From: Octopus sinensis
Taxonomy: Eukaryota
Assembly (NCBI RefSeq): GCF_006345805.1
Contig: NC_043009.1
Location: 23,560,001 to 23,624,000 of the forward strand
Direction of reading: 5' to 3'
DNA: 64,000 nucleotides
In this document: piece after piece, positions 12,031 through 24,870 of the stretch
How the letters are laid out: the number at the start of each line of letters is the position of its first letter
Numbering within the stretch: the first letter of the stretch is position 1
Notes under the pieces: model-generated
The model's database searches: none
What the model saw: only the letters and a program-made list of their open reading frames with translations
Told to the model about the DNA's origin: nothing
Program-made: the position numbers and the translations under genes

Positions 12031-12549
12031 ATAGATCAGTATGTTTAGTGATGCAAACAACAGAACTCAAAATATGAGTATATATGCATATGTACAAACA
12101 AATATTCAACTCAAAATTCTTCAAGGCAGTGCCCCAGCATGACCAGTCTAATGACTGGAATAAGTAAAAGATAAAAAGATAAACAGTAAGAAAAAGGAGG
12201 GGAGAGGAAGGAGGATGAAGGGAGTTGGTCATGACTGCGATCATGCAGTCAAATGACTAAAACAATGTGTGTGTATATGTTTGTCCCCTCAACATCGCTT
12301 GACAACTGATGCTGGTGTGTTTATGCCCCCGTAACTTAGTGGTTCGGCAAAAGAGACCAATAGAATAAATACTAGGCTTACAAAGAATATGTCCTGGGGT
12401 TGATTTGCTCAACTAAAGGCGCTGCTCTAGCATGGCCACAGTCAAATGACTGAAACAAGTAAAAGAGTAAGAAATCATTATTTTAACATAGCGCACACTT
12501 TTCCCCTCAACCTATTATATGGGCTGTGTATTTGTTTCTCTTATTTGTT

Positions 12550-12810
12550 TTTCATCTGTGATTTTATCATCGATCTTCCATGTAAACGAAGGTATTCATC
12601 CGTCTAGCTGCTTTTCTTTCTACCAAAAGAGAGGCTACATTGTGGAACTGTTATTTTCATAAGTTGTGGCTATATATCACCTGACGAGATACACGTGCAT
12701 CGCCGGATGCTCCTGAACCAGTTGTCGAGTGTCCCACCCATGAGGGATTTATACTAGATATGTCGAAACAATTGTCGTGATCAATAAATTCTCGTATATT
12801 CTATCTTCCA
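12550..12810 (+). mobile_element. Dispersed repeat, possibly Penelope-like; the first 110 bp recur at 14785-14900
   Basis: tttcatctgtgattttatcatcgat...gttattttcata occurs twice. ctgacgag (12681), cgaaac and aataaa follow. Confidence 0.4.
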
Positions 12811-12819
12811 TTTGCCATA

Positions 12820-12854
<35 letters not shown>

Positions 12855-12961
12855 TACATCCACCAATGCAGTGTTGAGCACTCATTTCCATCGTTCGTCA
12901 TTTAGATATATAAACATATATGTGCATGTGTGTGTATGTATGTGTATACATATATATATAA

Positions 12962-13010
<49 letters not shown>

Positions 13011-13106
13011 CTACATGTGTGTGTATATATCTATATATATGTATGTATGTATGTATACTATATGTGTGTGTATATATGTATATATGTGTGTGTGTGTGTG
13101 TGTATT

Positions 13107-13139
<33 letters not shown>

Positions 13140-13644
13140 TTGTGAATGTATATCTGAAGGAACTTCAAAGAAGAGACACAGGTAGACAGACAGAAAGCCA
13201 ACATATGAACCAAGTAAGTAGTTGTATGTTTCGAAATTGAAGTAGTTGTATGTTTTGGTAAGTCGATGAAGATGTTATAGAGCCGATCAACCGATCAACA
13301 TAAGAAGGAAGATCAATACAGCTTTATTAACTATAAAAAATAATAAATCACTACTAACATCTATAAACATGTCATCAATGAAGATTGGTCAAACTATTAA
13401 ATTTATCTTCTCTGCAGCGAGGTGTAGGGGGTGGAATGAAAAACGGAGGTGGTGATCTTTATATTTATGCAATGTATCAATAATGTTTTTTTTTTGTTTT
13501 TGTTTTTTTTTTCAATACTCTTTAGAGTGAGGTGTCTTGTTTATAGGTACATAACTGTTTGTTGTTGCTGTTGTTGCTTAGCCCCAGGTCAGACCAGACT
13601 TACGATCAGGTGTTTTCCAACCATAATAAAGCAGTTTTACTCTC

Positions 13645-13883
13645 TATTCTGTTCTTTTACTTGTTTCAGTCATTTGACTGTGGCCATGCTGGAGCACTGC
13701 CTCTAGTCGAGCAAATCAACCCCCAGGACTTATTCTTTGTACTTATTCTATTGGTCTCTTTTGCTGAACCACTAAGTTACGGGTACATAAACACACCAGC
13801 ATCGGTTGTCAAGCGATGTTGGAGGGACAAACCCACACATACACACACACATATATATATATATATATATGTGTGTATGTGTG

Positions 13884-13914
<31 letters not shown>

Positions 13915-14128
13915 ATATATATATGTATATATATATGTGTATATATACATATATATACACACATATGATGGGCTTCTTTGAGTTTCTGTCTATCAAATCT
14001 ACTTACAAGGCTTTGGTTAGCCTAAGGCTATAATAGAAGACACTAGCCCAAGGTGCCACACAGCAGGACTGAACCCGGAACCATGTGGTTGGTAAGCAAG
14101 CTTCTTACCACACAGCCATTCCTGCACC
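13645..14128 (-). mobile_element. Full-length SINE family A
   Basis: Complete head-to-tail copy with an expanded internal (TA/TG) array. Confidence 0.88.
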
Positions 14129-14375
14129 TTTTTTTTTTGTTTTGTTTTATAAGTTTGCTTCTCAACTGCATGGTTTAAGGTTCAGTCCCACTGCATAGCA
14201 CCTTGGGTAACTGTCCTCTACTCATCTGTTTCCAAGTGCGGTAAAATTTCTGCAAGGCTAACGTTAGCCAGGTTTTCATTGAAGACTGAGTGAAGGACAT
14301 TGCTTGCACTATGGTGATGCTTGTTTGTAACTGTTGCTGATACAAACACACACACATAAATATACATATATACAA

Positions 14376-14762
14376 CTAGCAGTATCGCCCGGCGTTGCTC
14401 AGGTTTGTAAGGGAAATAACTATAAAGCATTTTTAGAGAGTTATAGCCAAAAAATAGCAAAAAAATGGAAAAAAAATTATGGTAAATTTTTTTTTGAGAG
14501 TAATAAAAGGTTGAGTTGCGTCCCCTAGACAGTCTGTGGTTTGTTTTTTTTTATTCTCGACCCCATGTCGAATTTATCGATCTTTTTCAGAACTGGGGGA
14601 ACTTTTCAAAATTTTCGCTGCGTTAGTTTTGAATTATGACATTGGGCTATGTGTGTGTCAAGTTTCATCAGAATCGGTTGAAAGCCGTGGTCAGGGTGAG
14701 GGTACGAGAAAACAGAAACACAGAAACACGCACAGACAAACTGCCGTTTATATAGAGAGAGA
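14376..14762 (-). mobile_element. Non-autonomous Helitron
   Basis: On minus: host A|TC 5' end, GC-rich 3' hairpin, CTAG|T 3' end and no TSD. Shares about 75 bp of 3' terminus with 18180-18692. Confidence 0.8.
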
Positions 14763-14900
14763 TTTAATATATATCTCTTTCTTTTTTTTTTCATCTGTGA
14801 TTTTATCATCGATTTTCTATGTAAACGAAGATATTTACCCGTCTGGCTGCTTTTCTTTCTACCAAAAGAGAGGTTACATTGTGGAACTGTTATTTTCATA

Positions 14901-15346
14901 CGACACCGCTACGGAAAATGGGATTTTTTTCTAGCGGTGTCAAATGAAATTGTCACCCATAATTATAACCCTAGTATCTATCTATTGCATTTCAATCTAT
15001 TTTAGGGTTAGGTTTAGAGTTATGGTTAGGGTTAGGGGTGGGAGAAGGGTATCTTTTTTTCTTCGCAAATGTAAATAAACCCAATCTGTTTCTTAAACGA
15101 GGGACATATTCATACAGCACGGAATGTTTTCACCCCAAATGGAGGTCAGGAATTGGTTAAAATTGCCGAAATGCTCAAAATTAAAGTCGAAATATGTTAC
15201 AACATATAGAATTTTCTCAATAAAGCCAAGAAAAAATGATGTTTTATAAACACATTCTACCAGTATACAAAGTTTAAAAGTGTTTAGTTAACTACTGCCG
15301 CTCAAAAGGAAAAGATCCAAAACTGCTGTTCAAACCGAAAAGATCC
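14901..15346. mobile_element. Rearranged copy of the TTAGGG-bearing MULE MITE
   Basis: Inverted homologue of 32414-32842. The right TIR is doubled and the left TIR is replaced by a gacaccgcta...tagcggtgtc inverted repeat. Confidence 0.8.
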
Positions 15347-15610
15347 TATAAATTTAATGACTTCACAGTTACAAATATCAGTAGAACAGGGTTTTGGAAT
15401 GATTTGGCTGTTATTTCTAGCAGTAGAGTGTGGTGTGGGAGGAGATTTGGCTGTTGTTTCTACCAAGTTCAGCAACAGTGAGCAGTTCCCATGTTAGCCC
15501 ATAGAGACAAAAAATTCCTAAGGAGATGGTCATGGTTAGATCCTTGACAGAAGTCTGTGTTTTCTCATGACACACATAGGTGTCATTGCTTTCTTTGCTT
15601 GTATTTCATT

Positions 15611-15613
<3 letters not shown>

Positions 15614-15661
<48 letters not shown>

Positions 15662-15950
15662 ATAATGCACGAGAGAGGGGGAGAGAGTGGCTATGTGTGT
15701 GTGAGAAAGCATGTATGTGAGAGAAGAGAAACAGCATATGAGAGAGAGAGAGAGAGAGAGAGAAGGGAGAGAAAGAGACAGTAAGAGAAGGTGACAGACA
15801 GACAGCAAAAGAGGGAGAAAGAGAGAGATCCAGTGAAAGAGAGGGACAGCATGTATGTAAAAGGGAGATTGAAAAGTACAAACAGAGAGAGATACACAAC
15901 TTAGACTGGGTGAGAGATAAAGACAGAGTGCAAGAGAGTGAGATGTAGTG
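15614..15950. repeat. (GA)n-rich low-complexity tract
   Basis: Direct inspection. Confidence 0.9.
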
Positions 15951-17189
15951 GGGGGGGGGGTAGAGTGAGTGTGCAAGTGACTAATGCCAAGAGTCAACCA
16001 CAAAGTTGAAAGGTCAGCTAGCCAACACTTGTCTCACTTTGGCCTTGACCTTCATAATTACAAACCAGCCACAAGTCTGACCACATCACCAAATTCTAAG
16101 GTCAACTGCTGGTTCTTTTAACACACACACACACGCACATACACCTATGGCTGTGTGGTTAAGCTCAATTTGCAAAAGTATAGTTACAAGTTCAGTCCTA
16201 CTGCACAGCACTTTGGGGCAAGTCCCTTTTCCTTTGCCCCCCACTCAGACCAACTCAATGCCTTTTGAGTGAATGCAGCAGATGAAAACTATGAGGAAGC
16301 CTGCCGCATCCGTGTGTGTGTGTGTGTCTTTGTGTTAGTGTTTGTGCCTCCCACCACTTCAACACATGACAACCGGTGTTGGTTTGTTTATGTCCCTGTA
16401 AATTAGTGGCCTGGAAAAAGTGACTGATAGAATAAGTATGTATTTGAGTGAAGTCTGTTAGTACATATGTGTGTGTGTGTGTTCATGCATGTGAATGTGT
16501 GTATGTATGTATGCATGTGAATGTATGTGTGTATGTGTATGTATGTACCTGTGTGTGTGTGTTTGTATTTATGTGTGTACAAGGAGTTGAGGCCTATGTG
16601 TATGTGTGTGTGTGTTTCTATATATATGTGCACAAGGAAGTGAGACCTGCCTGTGAGTATAAGGAGGTGTGACCTGTGTATGTGTGTGTATGTGTTTGTG
16701 TGTTAGCTATGTGTTACAGAGTGGAAAGGAAAACACTAAATTAAGGATGAGTTAATTTGTATAAGTAGAATGATGATGATGGTGCTGAAGGGGAGAAGGA
16801 AAAGGAGGGAGTAAGATAGCAGCAACAAAATGTGAGGTAGGAATCTTCCTGTTTGTCTGTCTGTTAGTCTGACCATTCAGGATGTTTGCAAATCAAAACA
16901 AAGGTGGAGTGGTGGTGATGGTAGTTATGGCGGTGGTGGTAGTGTTAGTGGTAATGATGATGGTGTTTGTGGTAGTGGTGGTGGTGGGTTTGTCCTGGTA
17001 AATTTGAGCTGGTCAGAAAGAAAAAAACAAAAAAACAACAGAACTGGAATTCAAAATGTTGTTAACAACAGTGGGTTCCATAAACAGCAAATGGAAAGAC
17101 TTGTGAGTGTATTTCACCCTTTAGCGCTCAAATATACTGCTTATTTATTCAAATTGCTTTGAATTAATCACACATTATATCGTATTCTT

Positions 17190-17527
17190 TTACTTGTTTC
17201 AGTCATTTGACTGCGGCCATGCTGGAGCACCACACTTTAGCCGAGCAAATCGACCCCAGGACTTATTCTTTCTAAGCCTACTACTTATTCTATCAGTCTC
17301 TTTGGCCGAACCACTAGGTTACGGGGATGTAAACACACCAGCATGATGTGGGACACACACACACGACGGGCTTCTTTCAGTTTCCGTCTACCAAATCCAC
17401 TCACAAGGCTTTGGTCGGCCCGAGGCTATAGTAGAAGACACTTGCCCAAGGTGTCACACAGTGGGAATGAACCCGGAACCATGTGGTTGGTAAGCAGGCC
17501 ACTTACCACACAGCCACTCCTGTGCCT
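17190..17527 (-). mobile_element. SINE family A
   Basis: Colinear with other A copies; short internal (CA)n. Confidence 0.85.
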
Positions 17528-17901
17528 AGGTATCTTCAAGATTTTAATGGTGTGTTTGTATATTTATAGAATGATATTTTGGGGTAGGTGTGAGGGGTTG
17601 CATCTGGTCAGTTTTAACACAAAACAAGAAGAATATTTGGGCCTGATAAATGCTAAAAGGTTAATAGGAGTGTGAAGAGAAACAATGGAAGGTTGGAAAG
17701 ATCACAAATGGAAAAAGAGTGGGTGGTAGCGAAGGAATGAAGGTAGAATGGTGAATCTTTTGAATTTGTGAGATTAAGCTATAGGGTTGGGTATGTTCTG
17801 ATGTCCCTAATTTTGGAAACTGTGTTGTGGCACACAAGTTTAGAATCAACATTACTATATACACACACATGTACTCAAGTTAATGGTGTATATATATATA
17901 A

Positions 17902-18818
17902 CAGGGACGTGCCCCTAGGTCAGCAGTGCTTACCTTGAATAAAATAGATTGATAGCAACATTTTCCTTTAATGTAAAATATGCACCTAATTCAATAAAAT
18001 TATGAAGGTTACTCTGATTACTATGCATAAAATACAAAATATTTTGGGCTTTTTTTTTATAGATTAGGTAGGCATAATTTGCCCCTGCCTTTCAATCTCA
18101 GTATTAAAGCCACATATAGTACCGCTGTGGTACACGTGCTGCGCACATTCCTACAACAACGTTTTCTTTTTATGTGTTACTAGCAGTATCGCCCGGCGTT
18201 GCTCGGGTTTGTAAGGGAAATAACTATATAAGCATTTTTAGAGAGTTACTTCCTTTATAGATGCCAATTCGGGCTTTCTTAGCCATTTCTGTTTTGGTGT
18301 CTTCAAGCCATGAAGTCGTTGTTCTAAAAGAACGCTGGTCTCCTTGACAACGCATTACGACGTTGATTTCTTTACACTCCCTTCCCCACAGCTTCACGAA
18401 GGAGGGAAGAAGGGGGAGAAGCAAACAGGTGCAGGTGTGACCATGGACGCCAACTCCGCCGCCATCGACACACGAAAAATTATGCATTAAAATGGAATAA
18501 AAAATGATGTTAAATTATTTTTAAAATCGTAGACTCATCGTAGACGCGCGCTAATAGCCAGACGGGCTCGAAATTAATCACGACTATAAGATATCCGAAT
18601 TTGGTTAAACTGCACCGCAAAATGTGGGAGGAGTTAGGAATCTAAATCGAAGGGGACAGACACTCACACAACTACAGTTTTATATATATAGATAAAGGCA
18701 GAAGTAAATCTGCCTCCAACTCAGTTGCATGCCTATGTTTTACTTATATTTTTGTGTGTTTTACTGCATAGAGGTCACCAACTGCCTACCCTGGCTAATT
18801 ACTGATGGCATGTGCCTG
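17902..18818. mobile_element. hAT-like MITE carrying a nested Helitron
   Basis: Short imperfect TIRs cagggacgtgcc / ggcatgtgcctg, inserted in (TA)n. The TSD is not resolvable. Confidence 0.5.
18180..18692 (-). mobile_element. Non-autonomous Helitron
   Basis: A|TC...cccgagcaacgccgggcg hairpin...CTAG|T. Inserted exactly between A and T relative to the empty site at about 4968 (gtgcta|taaaggcagaag). Confidence 0.88.
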
Positions 18819-19376
18819 ACATATATATATATATATAAGCATCTTTCTCTCATATGTATGTTTGTGTGTGAATGAGTGTGGATAGACACACACACACACA
18901 CACACAATGACAAGCTTCCACTAGTTTTCATTCCAAAGACATTGGTCAGCTTGAGGCTATACCTATAGTGAGAGAAGGTACGCAGCTTAGTGGTTAGGGT
19001 GTTCAACTCATAATAATAAGATCAGGAGTTTAATTCCTGGAGTCACAATGTGTCCTTGAGCAAGACACTTTATTTCTCATTGCTTCAGTCCACTCAACTG
19101 GCAAAAATGAGAAGTACTTGTAAATTTCAAATGGCCACAGTCCAACGACTGAAACAAGTAAAAGATAAAAGATATATATTTATATCATATCATGTATGTG
19201 TGTGTGTGTGTGTGTGTGTGTATTATATCATGTATGTGTATTGGTGTTAGGAAGGGCATCCAGCCATAGAAACCAAAGCATATCAGACTGGAACCTGATG
19301 CAGCTCTCCTGACCAACCCATACCAGCACGGAAAATGGACATTGAATGATGATGATGATTATGATGATTGTTATCT

Positions 19377-19607
19377 TATTTCTTTACTGCCCAGAAAGGG
19401 CTACACACAGAGGGGGCAAACAAGGACAGACAAACGGATTAAGTCGACTATATCGACCCCAGTGCGAAACTGGTACTTATTTAATCGACCCCGATAGGAT
19501 GAAAGGCAAAGTCGACCTTGGCGGAATTTGAACTCAGAACGTAACAGCAGACAAAATGCTGCTAAGCATTTCGCCCAGCGCGCTAACGTTTCTGCCAGCT
19601 CGCTGCC
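19377..19607 (-). mobile_element. Full-length SINE subfamily B2 (Tx1-like tail)
   Basis: B head and body plus tail aatccgtttgtctgtccttgtttg...gggcagtaaagaaata. Confidence 0.85.
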
Positions 19608-20391
19608 TTATGATGATTGTTGTGAGTGTGTAGTATATGGTATGTGGAGGATAAACAAGATTACATAATTACCTAAGTAACAGGTTGGCTCAATCGGATT
19701 GTGTTTATATAATCCTGTTAACAGGCATATCAATATACAATGCACAATTCATACACACAGAGAACAATTAGCAATGTAAATCAACTACATGTAGATTTTT
19801 CACCTGGGATGTACTTTTTACGCTTTGCTTATTTGCTTTTTTTCTTTTTTCTTCACTATTTCTTTTCCTTCCCTCTTTCCATGGGACATACTATTCTCTA
19901 TAAGAAGGCTGATGTCTGGATTTTACGATTAAGTTTCTCTCTGTCTGAGGTAGCCATGTTTCTCCTCTAACGTAAGACACCTTCTTTTGTCCCTCACTAC
20001 TCTAACCTCACCTCAGTTGAGCGGGGTCTTGCCTTGCAAGCTATTTGGTGACCTCACTGTTGCTGGTGCCATGCAAAAGAAAAGCATGGAGTACACTCTG
20101 TAAAGTGGCTGGCATTAGAAAGGGCATTCAGCCATAGAAAGCATGTCAAAACATACAACTGGAACCTGGGCAAGATCTCTGGTTGGTCAGCTCCTGTCAA
20201 ACCATCCAACCCATGCCAGCAGGGAAAATGCACATTAAATGATCAGGAGATGATGATGATGTTGATGGCGTGTGTGTCTTTGTGTCAGTCTCCCACCACT
20301 GCTTTACAACTGGTAGTGGTGTGTTTACGTCCTCATAACTTAGTGGTTTCACAAAAGAGCCTTATATAAGTACCAGGCTTAATAAGTTCTG

Positions 20392-20589
20392 GGCGGTGAG
20401 CTGGCAGAAACATTAGCAGGCTGGGTGAAATGTTTACCGGTATTTCGTCTGTGTTAAAATTCCGAGGTCGACTTTGCCTTTCATCCTGTCAGGGTCGATA
20501 AATTAAGTACCAGTTACACACTGGGGTTGATCTCATCGACTGCCCCCCCGCCACCCATTCCAAGCCTTGTGCCTAGATTAGAAAAGAAT
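20392..20589 (+). mobile_element. SINE family B with a 12-bp TSD, inserted in an A-type tail
   Basis: aataagttctgg at 20381-20392 and 20590-20601. Confidence 0.85.
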
Positions 20590-20807
20590 AATAAGTTCTG
20601 GAGTTGATTCATTTGACTAAAAATTCTTCCAGGCAGTGCTCCAGCATGGCCACAGTCTAATGACTGAAACCAGAAACAGATAGAAGATATATATGCATGT
20701 GTGTGCATGTGTGTGAGTGTGTCATAAAGGCTCAATCACCACCATTTTGCCAATAAGCTTTAAAAAAATATACACTGCAGACTCTCTAATGCTGTTCTGG
20801 GGAGCTA

Positions 20808-21555
20808 TGAGGGGGTGATGGAAAGTTCCTGGATTTGGGTAAAAGAAAATACTGACGGATCAGTGTCAATCATGATTTTATTGCACATATTCCCCTCTCA
20901 GATTCAAACACTTATTGCAGTGGGTTCTTCATTTTCCTAAACCCCGTGAAACAACTTGAAAATTAGGCCTCCACCCAGGCCTTTTGTCTTGATTACTGCA
21001 TAGAATTTTGTTTGCTGACTCTCCCTGCGCGACTTATGTGTCAAAGAAATGATCACCCTGCAACATTTAACTCTAAATTGAAGTAAATCCCATACTAGTA
21101 GATGCAGATTAAATTCTAATTTCTTTTCAACCCAGAATTACTAGATTGATTTCTTACCAAATTTGACGCATATTGAAAAATTTAGCACAATTTTTAATCG
21201 ATGGCGTGTGTCTGTCTGTATTTGTCTCCCACCACTGCTTGGCAACTGGTACTGGTGTGTTTACGTCCCCGTAACTTAGTGGTTTCACAAAAGAGCCTTA
21301 TACCATAAGTACCAGGCTTAAAATAATAAGTACTGGGGTCACTTCATTTGACTAAAAATTCTTCCAGGCAGTGCCCCAGCATAGCCACAGTCTAATGACT
21401 GATGATTTTATTGCACATATTCCCCTCTCAGATTCAAACACTTATTGCAGTGGGTCCTTCATTTTTTTAAGCCCTGTGAAACAACTTGAAAGTTAGGCCT
21501 CCACCCAGGCCTTTCATGATACCCTTAAAGTTAGGAACTTTTCAACATCCTGTCT
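20808..21555. mobile_element. Mariner-like MITE, internally duplicated
   Basis: Degenerate TIRs (ta|tgagggggtgatggaaagttcct ... ggaacttttcaacatcctgtct|ta). Internal block 20872-20985 is repeated at 21401-21512. Confidence 0.55.
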
Positions 21556-22354
21556 TATTACTGAAAAATACACACACTACAACATTAAACTCGTTAAAAG
21601 GTTTAATAAGCTTTACAGCCATACATTTATCTCAATACATACATACACACACATACATTTAAACAGTCAATGTTTCTTTCATGGACATGTAAAACATGTC
21701 CTTAGACATAATACAAAAATTACTTGACTTTTTAATTAGGCAAGAAGTATCCAGTTACAGAGGAGTGTCTTGATGATAGTGGTGGTGGATGTGAAGATTG
21801 TAGGTCTTAATGGTGCCAAAGGATGAACGAGGGAAATATGAGATGGTTGTAACTTGAAACTAAAAGGAATCTGGGCTGAGCTATGGAATTTCTTTAACTG
21901 ACATAAGTTTCTGCTATTAAAAGCATCGTTGATCAAGGACATTTCACTAGCAAAATAAACAATACATATACCTACATACATATCATGGTATCAACAAGAC
22001 TATCAGATGTCGTTATACATCACTAGTCACAATGTGCTTTGTATTGTTTTAGCTTTTGGATGATTCTACCCTGCTGGTTAGGCAATTAAGCCAACTTGAC
22101 CCCTGGTCAGAAGACTATTCTATCACAGTGTGACCCATTTGCAACTGAGTGAATTGGAATAATGTGAGATGAAATGTTTGACTCAAGAACACAATGTGGT
22201 GTCTGGTTTGGAAATTAAACTCATGACCTAGTGATCATGAGTGGAGTACCTTAACCATGAAGTCATGCACCTGTATGTATGTATGTATGTATGTATGCAT
22301 GCATGCATGTATGTATGTATAGGGTGTTTGAAGTGGTGTACAGATATTGTAAAT

Positions 22355-22578
22355 TAAGAAAAAAAGAGGCAGTCAGAATTTTGGATAATTCTTTACGCTT
22401 GTTTTGTTCATTAAACTGAACTCTTAAAAAAAAATTGAACCAATATAATGTATGTCTGTATATATTCATGTATGTGTACATGTAGGTATTTAGATAAATT
22501 GTTTTGGTTCAATTTTTCTTGAACGGAAGTGCTAATAAAGAATTATCCAAAATTCTGACTGCCTTCTTTTTCTTTTTA
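22355..22578. repeat. Foldback element or MITE with long inverted arms
   Basis: ggcagtcagaattttggataattcttta (22368-22395) is perfectly inverted at 22536-22563. aaaaattgaacca is also mirrored. Confidence 0.75.
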
Positions 22579-22586
22579 TATATATA

Positions 22587-24138
22587 TCATCATCATCATC
22601 ATCGTTTAACGTCCGTTCTCCATGCTAGCATGGGTTGGACGGTTTGACCGGGGATCTGGGAAGCCAGAAGGCTGCACCAGGCTCCAGTCTTATCTGGCAA
22701 TGTTTCTACAGCTGGATGTCCTTCCTAACGTCAACCACTCTGAGAGTGTAGTGGGTGCGTTTTACGTGCCACCCGCACAGGTGCCAGGCGAGGCTGGCAA
22801 TGGCCACGGTCAGATTGGTGCAATTTACGTGCCACCGGCACGGAAGCCAGTCGAGGCGGCACTGGCATCGGCCACGATTCGGATAGTGCTTTTTACGTAC
22901 CACCAGTCCAGGGGTCCTGGCATCTGCCGGGTGCCAGTCATAGGATTGGTTCAATTTCGATTTCGATTTCACTTGCCCCAACAGGTCTTCGCAAGCAAAG
23001 GGGGTTGGCATGGGTGCCTGTCGTCGGATGAGGTTCGATATCGACTTCGCTTGCCTCAACAGGTCTTGGTGTCCAAGGGAGGAAAGGCATGCATAAGTGG
23101 GCTGGCTCACTTGTCCTGCCTGGTCTTCTCACGTACAGCATATTTCCAAAGGTCTCGGTCGCTGGTCATTTCCTCAGTGAGGCCTAAAGTTCGAAGGTCG
23201 TGCTTCACCACCTCGTCCCAGGTTTTCCTGGGTTCACCTCTTCCAGGGTTCCCTCAACTGCTAGGGATTGGCACTTTTTCACACACCTATCTTCATCCAT
23301 TCTCGCCACATGACCATACCAGCGCAATCGTCTCTCTTGCACACCACAACTGATGCTTCTTAGGTACAAACATTCCTCTAAAGGTAACTAACGCTCTGTC
23401 GAGTATGTACACTGACATTTACACATCCATCGAGCATACTGGCTTCATTCCTCACGAGCTTATGCATGTCCTCAGCAGTCACGGCCAATGTTTCACTGCC
23501 ATGTAGCATGGCTGTTCGTACACATGCATCATACAGTCTGCCTTTACTCTGAGCGAGAGGCCTTTAGTCACAGCAGAGGTAAGAGCTCCCTAAACTTGCC
23601 AGGCTATTTCTTATTAAGCAGTTACACTTTCAGCGCACCCACCCCACTACTGACTTGGTCACCTAGATAACGGAAGCTATCAACTACTTCTAGTTTTTTC
23701 CCCTGGAAAGTGACGGAAGTTGTTTTCTGCAGATTTTCGGAGGTTAATGCTCCCGAGCATCTGCCACATACAAAAACTATCTTCCCAGTTAGCCTACCTT
23801 TGACATTGCTGCACCTCTTATGGTCCATAGCTTACACTGGGTACATCTTATAGAGTTTCTACCTACACCTTTTCTACAGATCGAGCAGGGCCATCTTCTG
23901 AAGACATTTGTGGATTGTCACTTCCTACTTATTAATACTTTGGTTTTAGCTAGGTTGACTCTAAGGCCCCTCGATTCTAAACCCTCCTTCCACACCTGGA
24001 ACTTCTCCTCCAGTTCTGATAGTGGACTCAGCAATTAGAGCAAGGTCGTCAGCATAGAGGAGCTCCCAGGGGCAACCTGTCTTGAATTCCTCCGTAATTG
24101 CCTGGAGGACTATGATAAATAGGAGGGGGCTGAGTACT
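22587..24138 (-). mobile_element. RTE-clade LINE, decayed RT C-terminal half and 3' UTR; upstream part lost in the gap
   Basis: VLSPLLFIIVLQAITEEFKTGCPWELLYADDLAL, then frameshifted KFQVWKEGLESRGLRVNLAKTK and ERRLRWYGHVARMDE. (GAT)n tail. Confidence 0.92.
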
Positions 24139-24238
24139 NNNNNNNNNNNNNNNNNNNNNNNNNNNNNNNNNNNNNNNNNNNNNNNNNNNNNNNNNNNNNN
24201 NNNNNNNNNNNNNNNNNNNNNNNNNNNNNNNNNNNNNN
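24139..24238. other. Assembly gap (100 N)
   Basis: Run of N. Confidence 1.
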
Positions 24239-24479
24239 TTCGACTAAAGGCGGTGCTCCAGCATGGCCGCAGTCAAATGACTGAAACTTATAAAAGAATA
24301 AAATCTGCCGGAGAACCTCTTTGGTTCTATGATACAAACATCTTATCATAAAGTGATCTAAATTTAAACCTTCCATCAAAAAATCTCCAGTTAATTAATA
24401 TTCCACACATCAGCTTAATAACAACCAATTTGATTAAATTTTCAAAATTATTTGAAACAAAGGTCATATATTAGTTTCA

Positions 24480-24870
24480 AATGTTGGCACAATGCCAGCA
24501 ATTTTAGGGGAGGGGATAAATCGATCGAATCCACCCAAGTGCTCAACTGGTATTTATTTTATCGACTCCGAAAGAATGAACGGAAAAGTCAGCCTTGGTG
24601 GAATTTGAACTCAGAACGCAGAGACGGATGAAATGCCGTTAAGCTAACGAAAATGACAGTTCGCGGCCTTAACAATTTATCTAATATTGATTTAAAATTT
24701 TGGCACAAGGCCAGCAATTTCGGCAGAGGTGGGTAAGTTGATTACAGTGCTCCGGAAAGACAAGGCAAAGTCGATCTCGGCAGTATTTGAACTCAGAACG
24801 TAAAGACGGTTGAAATGCCGTGAGGTATTTTGTTCGGAGCGTTAACGATCCTGCCAGCTCGTCTGCTTAA
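24480..24870 (-). mobile_element. Two tandem SINE family B copies (standard tail)
   Basis: Two gaactcagaacg B-box segments, each with a ttggcacaa(t/g)gccagcaattt tail. Confidence 0.75.

Noticed and set aside
21739-21949. Possible exons on either strand (plus GKKYPVTEECLDDSGGGCEDCRS*; minus EMSLINDAF...)
   Set aside because: Conflicting strands and no homology. Joining the minus candidate to the next candidate (near 19680-19720) creates a stop.
22622-23353. 243-aa plus-strand ORF
   Set aside because: Antisense to the RTE C-terminus and 3' UTR; no recognisable protein.
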